From assembly GCA_010356995.1 (NCBI GenBank), contig ML996694.1, positions 247,224 to 311,223 of the forward strand: 64,000 nucleotides of DNA, written 5' to 3'. Position 1 is the stretch's first letter; each line of letters starts with the position of its first letter. Below, piece by piece: positions 35,561 to 48,753 of this stretch. The notes beneath the pieces were generated by a model. It searched no databases. It was given only the letters and a program-made list of their open reading frames with translations, and was not told the origin of the DNA. The translations under genes and the position numbers were made by a program. Source of the DNA: Trichodelitschia bisporula (lineage: Eukaryota).

Positions 35561-37556
35561 TCGCCATTTCAAATCCCCCAGTATCCCCAACTACATCGCC
35601 ATATCGCCATAACGTCGAAGGATCTATCTGATGCGTTTTCCAGCACACTGCAGGATCATGGGCATGGCTTGCGGCGCAGCCTGCTCCTGTCGAGGAAGAT
35701 GCTCAGGTCAACCTTGAACTTGAGACCGCTGTTGAGCCCGAGGCCGTCATTGAGCGCGAGCCCGCCAACGAGATGTTTAAGTGCAGTCCCGCGCTCAACC
35801 CATAGTATAAGCAATGGCCAGGTGATACGGTCCGTTGTCCGTGAGCTGTACAATAGAAGGGAAAACCACAGCCGAACCCAAAAAAAGTCAGAACCCAAAA
35901 ACAAAAACCCAAAAAAAAACTCACAAAAGGAAGTCCGGCAGGAGAATGGATCACTGTACATGTTAGAGAATGGAAATTGTACGAGATTATCAGCTGTGCT
36001 GGGCCCCAGACTAGTTCACCTTTGACGCCGTTTCATCGCGCTCGACCTGATAAGATTTCGAACCCATTCAGATCCTTCACCAGCCCCTTCATATCAGCCT
36101 TCAGATCAAGCCTGCGGCTACTGTTTTGCGGGACGGCTAAGAGCTAGGCATTAGTGAAGAAATGAAATACCCGTGAGCGATTCATTTTTCAGTGGTTTGC
36201 GAGCGTGATAACTGGGCCCGGAGGCGGGGCGAGCGAGATTGCCTCTCTCGTCTTGCTAGGTTGACTGGACATCGCTATCGCTAGACTAAAGGAGTCTATG
36301 GAAGCATCGGATCATGGTACATGCCGCGCCCGTACTTTACAAGCAGACCGAAAAGTGCCTACGAGATGATATTGAACATGCTGACCGCGCCACGCCTGCG
36401 CCACAGGGTTGTCCTGGGCTGTTGAACTGACGACAACCTCCACTTAACGTCAACATCGCCACCCCACTAGAACTAAACTTCGTACATACCGCATCTTCAC
36501 TGTCTCTCTGTCACCGATCTCGTTTAAACTTCGCCTGTCACTACTTCGGTAAGGAAACGCTGTCTCGCGTCCACGTGTACTTGACGTGTCTATAGTCACT
36601 CGTCTGTCAACCATGTCCTCTCGTCTCCAGATCGTCTCTCCAACTCCCTCAAGAGTCTCCGACATGTTTCGCACCTGTCATATTAGTACCAAATCATCAA
36701 CCACCAGCACTCACTGCGTCCGTAGCAATGCATCGTCTATCCCATCTTGTCACTACCTCTTTGAGGGCCGCGTGCGTTTCACACGTCGCGGCATTGGCCA
36801 GCGACGCCCATCCGCGTCGGATAAACGAGCACCGTATTGCCTACGTTTATATTGCGATTCCAAGGACACGCCCGCAGCACCGTCGCTTGGCCACACCCTA
36901 GCTGCGTAAGCCTCGCAACCTTTTGGCCCACACGAAACGCTGCAGCCCCTCGTTGGCAGGTTGGAGGTATGGTGGTGATGTGCACCAAGGCCCAACACGT
37001 TGTTTCAGCCGCCGATTCGGGCGACATCGACATGTTTCTTGCCCACCTGGGAGGTTGTTTCGACTTGTTCTTTGATGGATTTGCACTCTCCTCGGACGGC
37101 TCTCCTATCGGATTCAACTTCATCAGGCCTCCCAACTCCAGACCCACTCTCGCGCATTTTTCCCCAGCCCAACGCTTCCCCAGATCGCCCACACGCATCC
37201 CCTTGTAGGCCCCATCAATCACCGCCCCTAAAAAAGCTACTCAGCCCAATTTGCAAAGAAACGTCCCTCGGCTTCCACGATCCCCGCGCACATCACCCGG
37301 GCGCCGCGTTACTCCGCTCCCGGGGATCTCAAGTACCATCTAGCCCTCTCTTTCTCCTGCAATCCCCCACCGCCATAGGGCCCGGTAACCCGGCGATATT
37401 GTTCTCCTCACCCACTATATACCATGTCCCACCCACTCCGCCCGCCGTGGTGCCCTCGCGTCACTGCCTCACACCCCCGAGCACCATCACCTCCGACCGC
37501 CTCTGGACGTTGGAGCAACATCACAACGCAACAGCATGCCCCTATAACCCATAAGC

Positions 37557-39329
37557 ATGTCGAATTTTGCGCCCCCTCCTCCCCCGGATCGACCCCTTCC
37601 TTCCCGGCCCCGTACTCCCAAGCGTTCGGCCTCTCCTCCTCTTCCTCCGATAGCCGAGACCCTCGCCGAAAAAGACGACGTTGAAGCTGCCGACCGCTCG
37701 CCTCGCTCCACCTCTTCATCTCCCACGGACCTCAGTCCGCAATATGGCCGCTCACCCTCCCCTCCTTCCGCTCCGGTGAGCGGCAAGTTCTTCCTCACCG
37801 GCACCCCCATGGAACAGCGCACCGTGGTGCGCGACCGCTTCGGCGCGCCCGTGTATCCACAGCCCGTGGCCGATGGGCGTGACCCGATGATGTGGAGCAT
37901 GGCGGTCAAACTTCGAGTGCTTGTCGTGGTGTCGCTGCTGGCGTTCGTGTCGCTCTTTACGGCATTTTCAATCGTACGTTTCTCTCCTAAGAACCGAGGC
38001 TGGCGCTGACGAAGCAAGTCTCCCGCCATCTTTCACGTTGCCAAGTACCTCGATGTGCCAGTCGTGCGTGGCTTGTACATCGTAGGCATCTACCTCCTCT
38101 TCGTCGGCATCGGGCCCTTCTTCTTCAACCCGCTCGCCCATGTCTACGGCCGGAGACCTGTATTTATCGCAGGTCTGGTCGGCTTCATATTGTCGGCCAT
38201 AGCCACGGGACTGGCACGCTCGTATCCCGTCATGCTCGTCTTCCGCGCACTGAACGGGTTCTTTGCCGGCATCCCTGTTGGGCTGGGCGTAGTCGTATGC
38301 TGCGACATGTTCTACCTGCATGAACGCGGGCTTTACATGGGAATATGGGTGCTGTTTCACTTGACGGGCGGGCACCTGGGCCCCGTCGTCGGCGGATACA
38401 TCTACAAAGGCCTCAACTGGCACTGGTGTCTGTTCATGCCCGCCATCGCCGCTGGCCTCCTTCTCGTCTTATTCTACTTCGCTGTGCCAGAGACACTCTA
38501 CCAGCGCGCTGTCGAGGCGCATGTCCGCGAAGGAATGTCGCTGTACCAACTCGAGCTGCTGGAGAAGCAGCGACGCGATTCTCGAGCGCTGCGGATCGGG
38601 AACTTCCTCCGCCCACTGCGCATGCTGCGCTACCCCAACGTCCTGATTCCGTGCATATACTACGCCGTGGCCTCGGGATATGGCAACATGATATTTGTGG
38701 ACACGAGTGCGATCCTCTTCCGCTTTGCCTACCACTTCAAGACTTGGCAGGTCGGCCTGCTGCTCGGCCTGCCATTGACGATTGGCTCGTTTATCGGCGA
38801 GTTCGGTGCTGGAGGTTTCAGTGACTGGGTTGCGAGGCGCAGGGCAAGTAGACGGGGTGGTGCCCGAGTGCCCGAGGATCGCCTCTGGGCGATGTTGCCC
38901 GGCGTGCTGCTTTGCCCGCTGGGTCTCATCGTCGAAGGATACTGCATCAAGCATAAAATACACTGGGCAGCGGCAGGGGTGGGGATTTGCATCGCGAGCA
39001 TGGGACTACAGATCATCACGACGGTGACGTACACGTACGTGACGGAGGTAAGCATCCCAAACTCCCTACCCGCGACTCAACTGACGAAACAGTGCTTCTA
39101 CCGCCAAGCGGCCGAGGTTAGCACCCTGCTCAACTTCTGCCGGCAGATCTTCTGCTTCTGCGTCGCGTTCTATGCCATGGGGTTTGCGTGGCGGTTCGAT
39201 GTCCCCATCGCGTGGGGGACGCTGGCCGGCGTGCAGCTTATTGTATTTATACCGGTTGCATTGCTGATGCGCAAAGGCGCGCAGTGGAGGGATATGTTTG
39301 GGGAGCCGGGGTGGAATCTGGACTTGTAA
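37557..39329 (+). CDS. MFS transporter (DHA1-like)
   Basis: DPMMWS..K, PLAHVYGRRPVF, DMFYLHERG, VPETLY, PEDRL. Introns 37974-38018 and 39048-39092. Confidence 0.88.
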
Positions 39330-39785
39330 ATCTATGAGTGGGGATAATGGCGCCTGTATGGTGGTGTTCGGTGGGGTGGGTGCTTTACCCGGGCTGGGTA
39401 CGTACGTATATAAGCTCATGGACTCAGGAAAATGCATCATGGTGTGTTTGGGTCCGCTTTGCGTACAGTTTGTGGAAATTCGAAAAAAAGCTCCGAGGGT
39501 TTACCGGGGGATCCGGGGGGTTTCCGAGGGCTCCGAGGCGGTATATGGCTTGTGACTTTAAGTCCCCCTGAGTCCTACACTGATGACTCCAAACTCCAGC
39601 TTCTCACCGGAGACATCTACTACGCAGGATGCCGCCGCGAACTAGCCTACGAGCCACGGCTGTCTTGTCTTCTGCTTCCTATACTATTTTCTGTCCGCGG
39701 AGCACGGAGCGGGCGAGATGTCTTATTAGGAGTGCTTATCTGGGCGGCTTTATGGGCGGGACAGTCCTCGACATCTTGCTCAGTC

Positions 39786-40890
39786 AAGCTCTCATCTCAC
39801 CCGCTGAGCAACGGAATCCTCCGGACTCCGCACACCATCTCAACCTTTCCAATCCTTTCGCAACAGCACCACAGCATTTCAAGCGCCGTGAATCAACTGG
39901 CTGGCATCGTCAGATTCCATTATATCCTGTACACTAATTTATTAGTTGAATCGACGTGGTTGGTTGAACACAAAAATCTTTGACAATTATCCAGTCGGGA
40001 ATTTGTGACTGACTGACCGACCGACCGGTAAGCCCGGATTAGGTATCCGGCGCGGCCCGACGAGGTGCGCTCTCGAGAGCTCTCTTCCCATCCGCTGAGC
40101 GATAGAATCCGGCGAAATCGGGATATGAACTCGGGCCTTTCAAGCGCCTTAGCATCAGCACCGCTGCGTTTCTAACGCTGGGAATTCATTAGCCGTATCC
40201 ACATGGAAGGGTTGACACAAAAATTTTGGACAATTAATTCAGTCGGGGAATATGTAACCGACTGACTGACCGACTAACTGACCGGTAAGCTCGAATAGGT
40301 AATTGGCACGGCCCGGCGCGGTGTGCGCTCGGGATCTCTCGTCCCACCCTCTGAACAACGTAAGCAGCTAGTCTCGGATATGAACTCCAAGCTTTGCAAC
40401 ACTTTTGCATCGGCACCACCTCATGTCAAGCGCTGTAAACCACCTGACCGGCATCATCGAATTTATCTTCATGTAGTACATCAATTCACTAACCGTATGG
40501 ACGTGGAAGGTTTGACAAAAATATTCAGGGGAATTATTTAAGTCGGGAATGTGCAATCACCCAACCGACGGATCGGCAAGCCCGAGTCGATGCCTGTCCC
40601 GGAGCCGAGGGTTTAACCGATTATATCGATTATTAGATCATACCGATAGTACCGATTCATCGCAATCAAGCTCTCGTCCTACTCACCGAGTGACCGAATC
40701 CCGCTGTCCGTGGGACACGAACTCTAACCTTTACGACTCCTTAGCATCAGCACCGCCACATTTCCAGCGCTGTGAGCTACCTTACTGATATAGCCAGACA
40801 CAACCCTATCCCGTGAACCACTTCAGTACTCGTATCGAGGTGGAACGTTGGACACGGAGAATACCGACTGACTGATACTGACCTAACCGT
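39786..40890. repeat. Diverged tandem array of four ~255-335 bp units
   Basis: Units start at ~39786, 40077, 40333 and 40668. Shared blocks: agctctc..cc..ctgagc, gca(t/a)cagcacc..tttc.agcgc, gtggaagg.ttgaca, agtcgggaat, (gact/gacc)n-ggtaagc. Confidence 0.85.
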
Positions 40891-41354
40891 TTCCAAAAGA
40901 AGCAATAAAGGAATGACAGCCGTGACATTTTGGACTGAACTGTAAAATCAGACAAGAAGTCACGGATCAGATCGCCCGATGTTCAGGCTGAGTCCTGGAA
41001 GTGGGGTCTGCGGCAATAATACGGATATTAAGGACTTTTTACAAGATGGAAATCTCGGTGTTGGAGAACGGTGGACTATTAGGCATGATGATGTGATCTT
41101 GGTCCAAGTAAGACTTTAGCCGCGAGTTCTCCCAGAGAGCTTCCTGGATCGTTTCTAGATGCATCTCAGTTCGGCGAAACAGGAAGGAGTCGCGGGTAAC
41201 TCGCTGTCACGTGCCAGCGCGACGGCGCACAGACGCCCTTGAGCCCTCACCGCGTCATCAAAATCACCACCACCACCTCCGCCCAATCTCAACACCAACC
41301 CCACATCGCAACATCAACCCCTCACCAAATGCACCCCCCCCCGAAGCACCCACC

Positions 41355-43118
41355 ATGACCGCCACACCCCGGGGCGCGGTCAGCACGCACATCCCTCTCA
41401 CGCAAAACACCGCGGAAGTCCTCGAATTCCGATGCCTGTACACACACGACCTGCGCCGCAAGCAGAAGCGCTGGCAAGACGGCCTGCTACGATACCACAC
41501 CTTTAACAAGCGGATAATGGTGTATGACGACGAGCGCCACCTCGTCGGGGACGCGCATTGGAAGCGGCCCGCCCCGATTGCGACCGATGAGGAACTCACG
41601 CTCGACGCTGGCGTGCTCGTTACAGTGTCCGAGCGCGTGGGCCAGGAAATTACAGACTTAACACCGCTTTTCGAACGCCGCACATCCAACGCCGCGAACC
41701 GCGACGCCGGCCGCACACTCACGCCCCGCCCTCTCTCCCGCGCCCCACCGTCAAAGCACGTGTCCCTATCCACCCTGCTCGGCGGCCCGAAGGGCATCGG
41801 TAAGGCTGCGCTGCCGACCCGCTCACCGTACGATGCCCGCCATGCTGACGCCAGCGACGGGCCGCAGGCTAAGCGCCGCCGCCTGGATTCTCTGCCGTCA
41901 AGTCCCGCGTACACTCTGCGCCCACAACCCGCCGTCCCCGGCTGCAGCTCGGCCGAGTTGGTGGTTGATCTGGTGTCCAGTGGTGGAGCGCCGCCTACGT
42001 CGCCAATTCGTGCGGCGCCGGTACCGAGGATCAAGACGCCAGCAGCGAGACCGTTTGCGCCACCGGCGAGGCCGCTTGAGCCAGCAGCGAGACCTACTGA
42101 GCCAGCTGCGAGACCACTAGAGTCAGTTGCGAGACCGACTATACCAGCTCGGGAGAGAACCGGCATACCTGGACCTGCACATCCCGTCGGCCCGGTTTCG
42201 GATTTTGCAGCGACGCGTCCCGCCAATTCACGTGCCGGTCTTGCAGTTCCAGCTCCAGCACCTGCACGGCCCGCATACGCGCCTCCGGACGTCACCATCA
42301 CCCGTGCAAAAACACTACCGAACCCCCCGGCTCCAAAGCCGACGAGAACCCCACACTGCGAGCCTGAAACCGGGCCCGAACTCGAACTCGAACCCGCCCA
42401 ATCCCCTCCAGCACCACTCCCCGCCCAACCACGCAGCCGAGCTCGCAAGTCCACAGCTCAGCAAACCGCGCCCTCTGTCATAGAACTCGAATCCGAACCC
42501 GAACCCCCAGCCCCTCCCGTCCCGAAACCGCGTGGTCGACCGCGCAAGACCCCGGCTCAGCACACCGCACCCTCCGCCGCAGCAGCCAAACTCGCAACAG
42601 CAGCAGCCAAACGTAAAGCTGCGCAGATAACCAAACCCCCTTCTGAACCACCCAAACCCCCCCCTCCCCCTTCCACACGCAACCCCCGCGCCCGCCCCCT
42701 GCGCCTCATGTCCGGCGGGCGGCCGACGCTGCTCTGCGCCCAGCCCCCGGCGTCGCGCACAAAACCCGCCGCGCCGAGAAGTGCGCCTACCGAATATGTA
42801 GACTTGGATTTCGACTTAGACTCGCCTTCTCCGCCGCGGGCGCGCACGGCCCGTGGCGGTGTTGGGAAAGGGAAGGAGCAAGGAAGGGTGCAAGGAAGGG
42901 AGCAAGAGGCTGGGAAGGCAGGCACGCCTCCCCCAGCAGGAACAGGCTCGACATCGTACGGCACGCCACGCGCGTCTGATTTTCCACCTTCGACGACGGT
43001 GCCGGTGTGTAAGCTCCCATTGGCGGGGGCGTGGACTGTTGAGGCGACGGATTTGTTTGAGTGGCGGCCGCCGGATTGGGAGAGGAGGGTTGCGCGGGAG
43101 GTGGAGAGTGATGGGTAG
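41355..43118 (+). CDS. DUF2439 (Mte1/ZGRF1 N-terminal-like) domain protein with Pro-rich tail
   Basis: EFRCLYTHDLRRKQKRWQDGLLRYHTFNKRIMVYD; conserved-looking C-terminal GAWTVEATDLFEWRPP. Confidence 0.8.
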   Translation: MTATPRGAVSTHIPLTQNTAEVLEFRCLYTHDLRRKQKRWQDGLLRYHTFNKRIMVYDDERHLVGDAHWKRPAPIATDEELTLDAGVLVTVSERVGQEITDLTPLFERRTSNAANRDAGRTLTPRPLSRAPPSKHVSLSTLLGGPKGIGKAALPTRSPYDARHADASDGPQAKRRRLDSLPSSPAYTLRPQPAVPGCSSAELVVDLVSSGGAPPTSPIRAAPVPRIKTPAARPFAPPARPLEPAARPTEPAARPLESVARPTIPARERTGIPGPAHPVGPVSDFAATRPANSRAGLAVPAPAPARPAYAPPDVTITRAKTLPNPPAPKPTRTPHCEPETGPELELEPAQSPPAPLPAQPRSRARKSTAQQTAPSVIELESEPEPPAPPVPKPRGRPRKTPAQHTAPSAAAAKLATAAAKRKAAQITKPPSEPPKPPPPPSTRNPRARPLRLMSGGRPTLLCAQPPASRTKPAAPRSAPTEYVDLDFDLDSPSPPRARTARGGVGKGKEQGRVQGREQEAGKAGTPPPAGTGSTSYGTPRASDFPPSTTVPVCKLPLAGAWTVEATDLFEWRPPDWERRVAREVESDG

Positions 43119-43462
43119 TTGGGATAGGTATCACGTCTTTTTGAGATCATTTCGGGATTGAAAAAGCAGGAACGGGGCATTTGACGATTCTGCATGGAGA
43201 TCCCGGAAGCATGATCACTTTGGGTTGGAAGTAGACGAGGCTCGTTCGATCTAGCTATGAAGAAACGCAATACAAGTCGCGCTGTGTCTAGCCGCGAACA
43301 CAATGCCTGGTATCCCGTGCGCCTATGCCCCTTAACGCCCTGTATGCACCATTGAACCCAATGCCCGAGACGTGCGAACAAACGATTATGTCCAACCCTC
43401 TTTCAGAGATCTTCTAAGCCGCTCCATGCGATGCTAGATCCCACCCATGCCCATGCCAGAGC

Positions 43463-46392
43463 CTACGTGTGCGGCTCCTCTAAGTCTTTGATGTACTTGA
43501 CAAACGCCTTCTTGTGCACCTGGTCCCATTAGCCGCATCCCCAACACACACACATCTTACTCACCAATCCCGCATATTTCCCATCCCTCAACACACAAAT
43601 ATACCGCAGTCCCAACTTAACAAAGCACTCATAGACCAAATCCATCGGAGAGCGCACATCGAGCGCAACGGGTGCCTGTCCTTGTTAGCACCAATCCAAA
43701 TCCCAAACCAAGCATCACACAACTCACCCGATCAATAAAGTTCGTAAAATCCGTCGGATCAGCCCCCCTAGCCGCCCCGTCCTCCTCCTCCCACGCACCC
43801 CGCCCATCCGCCTCCATCAGACACAGGCTATTATCCTCGTTCTCCAGCCGATCAAGCGCAAACTCCAGATCCGGCGCCGGGATCAGGCCGACCAGCACAC
43901 CCTCCTTGACAATCGGCAACCCGCCATCCAATTCGCCCGACATGTGCAGCACCTCGAGCAACTCGCGCAACTGGTGCGCAGCCACAAGCGGACTATGACT
44001 AACATCAAGAATACGATCTTCCCGCACACGCTTCGAGACAATATCCCCCAACTCATTCGTAAACAGCGGACGCATCTTGTTATCCAAAAACGGGTAGCTG
44101 TTCATATCCGTCAGTAAATCGTAAATGGACAGCGGCTCCAGCGCATCCGCCGTCCACTTGCTGACCAGCACGCCGATGCTGAATGGGAGGACATGGTCGA
44201 GGCTGCCGGTGAGTTCGAAGAGGATAACCGCGAGCGTGACGCTGAGCCGTGTGATACCGCACATTGTGGCTCCGGCGCCGACCATGGCGTACACGCCGGG
44301 CACGACGCACATCTCGGGTGCGTCGGCGGGGGAGCAGGAGCCGAAGAGGCCGGTGTGCGAGTAGTTCAGCGCGAGGTACTGCACTATGTGCCCGACGATG
44401 CGGCCTAGCAAGCCGCCGACGACCATGGAGGGAACGTAGATGCCGGCCGGGACCTTAATGCCGAAGGTGATGGTCGTGAGGAAGGCCTTCACGATAAACG
44501 CCCAGGCGAGATACCAAAGCGTCGTGGGGATCATGTCAACGGTAGGACAGAGCCCGATGGCGGTGTCGCTAAACGTGTCGCAGGGAGATGCGAGCTCAAA
44601 GAGCAGTTCCGTGACGGGGAGGCGCGTGTAGCGGTTCCACCAGCTTACGAGGGCGGTGACGAGGGCAACGAGGACGACTTCGGCGAGGGGGTAGGTCTTG
44701 ATGATGTGGAAGCGGCGGAAGGTGAGGGCCCAGAAGCGGGTGGCTTTGATGAAGAGGGCGCCGATGAGGCCGCCTAGCACACCGACGAGGATGAAGCCGA
44801 TCATTTCGAAGAATTGCCAGTCGGTTAGGTAGCGTACTTCGAAGAGGACGATTTTGTTCGTGCCGTAGGGGTTGAGGAATTTGAGGGATAGGGCCGCGAC
44901 CTAGTTGGTAGGTTAGAAGACAGCGTGGGAAGCAGAGTTTGGAGCAACTTACTATGCAGCAGAAGAATGTCCGGAACAGCGTCTTGGGGGGGAAGTAGTA
45001 GCTCACTTCCTCCAGGCTGAAGAGAACACCGGCGATGGGCGCGCCGAAAGCCACGGCAACGCCGCTCGCCGCACTGGCACTCAGCGCCTCACGCCGTTTA
45101 GCGTCATTGTTATGGTACTTCGAGAACAGACGGCAGGCGATGTTCCCGACGCAGGTGGCTATGTGCACAAATGGACCCTCCTTGCCGACGCTGAGCCCAG
45201 AGGCAACGCTAAGAATCAGTCCTAGCGTCTTGATGACCAGCGTCTTGACACCGAGATAGCCGTGCAGCACGAAGCCGCTGACGATGACCTTGATCTCCGC
45301 CACGCCACTTCCAGCAGCCGAGTAGTACACCATAGGCGGGCGCTGCTGCGTTTCGGCGTAGATTTGGTGCGGGCTTAGGGAGCCATCCTTACTCCGCTTT
45401 CGGGACTCGCGGTTGCGGTTTTCGGCCGCGAGGTTCTCATCAAGCGTCGAGAGGCGGACGTTGGATGGGATGACGGTCTTGGTTAGCATCGTTAGCACGC
45501 AGGAAGCAGACGCCAACAGCACAACCATGACAATGTAGCCTGCAAAATCGATCCACGGTGCATCAACATGTTTCGATATGAAGACCTCCGACCACCGCCG
45601 CCAATCGTCGCAGCTGGTCGTGCCGTCACAGCACTTCTTCTTGTTCAGGGCCCACGAATAGCTGCAGTAGCCGGATTTGTAGTCGAACATCAGACCCTCG
45701 GCCACATTGACGAAGAAAGCGACGCAGGCCGTAATGCAGCCGATGATGGCGACGAGAATCCACCCTTGGACCGAGTCGAACATCTGGGCCAACCTGCCCC
45801 GCCACCCACTGCGACTGCGCAGCTCCTTGAGCCGATACGCATCGGCAATATTATCGTGCACCCAGTCCGTCGACGTGAACTGGTCGTACCAGGCACGTTC
45901 GTCAATGTAGAACGAGTGCTTCGACGCCTGCAAGTTGGATTCTGGCTCGTCAATACGCGCACTCTCGGCACCAAACCCAACCGACTCACGTTCCGCATCT
46001 CGACTAGCACTGCGGTCCGCGACGAGGGCATTCACCAGCCGCTTGCTGAACGAGCCCTGGCGGCGGTGGTGGCGAATGCGCAGACTCGCCGTCATACTGT
46101 TTATCCTATGTGGTCCCGGCCGCGGCGTACCGGGCATGGAACTGGAGATGCTGCGGTACGGGCGGCCATCGGTGTGGTCGAGCAGACTCGAGGTCTCGTC
46201 GACATGCCCAACGGTCCAGGCGGAGCGGGAGCGACGTGTAGCGGCGGGGGAGGGGGGTCCGCCGGCGCCATCGCGGTGGCCTTCACGGCGGTAGCCGAAC
46301 TCGAGGACCTCGTCGGAGTCGTTGTTGTCGGAGTCGTTGACGCTCCGCTCGTGTAGACTCCGATGTGGAGAGGAGGACTTGGATGTAGGCAT
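43463..46392 (-). CDS. CLC-family chloride channel/transporter with C-terminal CBS region
   Basis: GSGVAE, GKEGPFVH, AFGAPIAGVLFSLEE, GIKVPAGIYVPSM, VILFELTG. Introns near 45990-45943, 44952-44902, 43727-43676 and 43564-43520. Confidence 0.92.
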
Positions 46393-47721
46393 GGTTGAGG
46401 GAGAGCGAGAGTGGAGCGAGGGGTTGATAGTGCAGGTTGTGGCACAGGGCACACCGGGATATTGAGTGAGCTGTGAGGGCCGATTGTCTCAGTAAGGCGT
46501 CATGCAGGCTGGGGTCATTGGGACGCACAGTGGCACGCGGGACTTCTCGGCGAGGTTATCTGTGTACCGCGACTCCAAGTATATGGTAGGTGATGTCGGG
46601 TGTGAGGGGTGGAAGAGAATGGTCGTTTAAAAGCAGCGGAGGAGGACCCGGCGGGGTCACTACATTCCTGGGTTCTGGGAAGGCCTCGATATCCTGAACT
46701 CCGGATGACACAACAAAGGGAGAGTCTTGGGCAAGGAGACCAATGCAAGAGGCCGGTGATGATGCTTTAGTGAGGATCTTGAGTGGTTAGGTATCGACAC
46801 TTGTTGCATAAACAAGAGATCAGCCAGCCAACCCGCCAACGCAGCTGTGATCAACGATAGGCTGACGCGTTCGGAGGACAAGGGCCAAGCATGAAGCCAA
46901 GCCATGAGGATGACAAGAGGGACGGCCCGAGGCTTTTCATCGCTTCAAGCCAGCACGCATCTGAGAAACGCGCGCTTCACCTCGTCTGCTTAAACTTTGT
47001 TGCGGACCTGTCCAGCACTTCTTTCGTTTCGCTTCGGACAGACCGCCTTTGGGCATACCCGCAGGATGTGGAGCATGGCGCGGCACGTGTGCGTCTACCG
47101 CGCTTGCATGCCGGGTGGTCAGCGGGGAGTACTCCGTAGCACGGGCGTTTTAGCTCCTACGGTACGGCAACCTCACCCCGCAACGTGACACCTTCATGGC
47201 CTTGTTCTCCATGGAATTCGGCTTCTACTATGCTTAACCTCTTTTCCATAAGCGCGATGCGGCTATAAGCGGCAGCCCGTGCAGACAGAGTCCATAAGAC
47301 CATCCTCCGGTCTCGACTTCCCCACACCTCCACAACACACGACCGGTATCAGCTCCACCATCTCCGTCAGCCCCATCAGCTTCCACATCTACCGTACAGT
47401 CTACCCCACAAAGGGCCATGCAAACGATGCAATGGGTTAGGCATGGCTTAACACCCTGCGTGACTGCACCCTGTGACATCAGTGCCTTGCATAAAGTCTC
47501 GTGATTTGCGCGACGTCCCATCCTTGTTCCATCCCCAAGCCATCAAGTGCCCTCTGTTTCCGTCGGTTAGCGCTAAACGCGGAAGAAAGCATGATAGGGC
47601 CTTAACAGGACCTGCCATGTCCGTCTCAACTGCGGAAAATACCGCTACTTGTACAGGATCATATATCACCGTTCGCACCTTATTCTCCTAACAACTTGTA
47701 TATCTGACAGTTCTCGCGATA

Positions 47722-48753
47722 ATGGGTTCGGCCTTTTCGTGTCCCGTCTCGGTAATACAAGCCTCACGTCGTACAATGCTGCAGCTAACACGAGCAGCCT
47801 GGGCTGTATGAGCAATTCCTTTTGTTTGGCGATTCTATCACCGAATTTTCCGAAAAGCAAGATGTGGGCTTCGGCTTTGCGCCTGCCCTTCGATATGGTA
47901 TCTACATCTTCCAGGCCTATCTAGCACAAGCTAATGCACCTATTAACAGCTTATATACGCCGCCTTGAAGTAGTTAATCGCGGACTAAGGTGTGCCACTC
48001 ACCAGCTCGCCGAGCCAGACTAACCTAGCAGCGGCTACAATACGGCCATGGCCCTAAAAGTGATAGATCGCGTTATACCTAAACCATGCGAAGCGAGAGT
48101 TCGCCTTATGGTAAGAAGAAGAGCCGATTCTCATGTCTTCCATCCTAACCTACAGACCATCTTCTTCGGCGCAAACGACTCCTGCTTCCCAACCGAGCGC
48201 AGCAACCAATGCGTCCCGCTGCCCGACTTCAAGGCCAATCTGATCAAAATCGTGCGCCATCCGGCTGTGACCGCCCATGCGTCACGCATAGTACTCATTA
48301 CACCGCCGCCAATCGACGAACGCACGCAGCAGGCCGTCGATCTGACTAAAGGATTTGCTCTGCGGCGGAGTGCCGAGAACACCCGGCGGTATGCTGAAGC
48401 GGTATGCGAGGTTGGTAAGGAGCTTGGCCTGCCGGTCCTCGATCTATGGTCCATCTTCATGCTCCAGGCGGGATGGAAGCCGGAGGCGGAGAAGCCGTTG
48501 CCCGGGTCATTGGATGAGGCGCCGAACGAGGAGTTGGCTCGGTTGCTGATCGATGGTGAGTTTGGTCGTTAGATCAGTTTTTGGGTGCTGATTGGAACAA
48601 GGTCTGCATTTAACCCCAGCGGGGTATCAGTTGATGTACGACCAGTTCAATGTTGTGTTGGCCCAGGCATATCCAACTGAGGTTCCAACAAGACTGCCGT
48701 ACATTCTGCCGCGATGGGACGACGAAGGGGCTTGGAGTAACTTTCCTTCATAG
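47722..48753 (+). CDS. IAH1: SGNH/GDSL esterase, isoamyl acetate-hydrolysing esterase type
   Basis: FLLFGDSITE, NRGL|SGYNT, FFGANDS, DG|LH. About five short introns; the start exon is inferred. Confidence 0.85.

Noticed and set aside
35870..35930. A-rich tract as a retroelement poly(A) tail
   Set aside because: The A-runs are interrupted, with no target-site duplication or reverse-transcriptase remnant nearby.
29818..39329. Secondary-metabolite or RiPP cluster (PTH11-like, tyrosinase, MFS)
   Set aside because: No backbone synthase, DUF3328 protein or repeat-containing precursor peptide was seen. The nearby ketosynthase is the primary-metabolism CEM1.
39786..40890. CRISPR-like array
   Set aside because: Eukaryotic context; the units are long and homologous along their whole length, with no identical short repeats separated by unique spacers.
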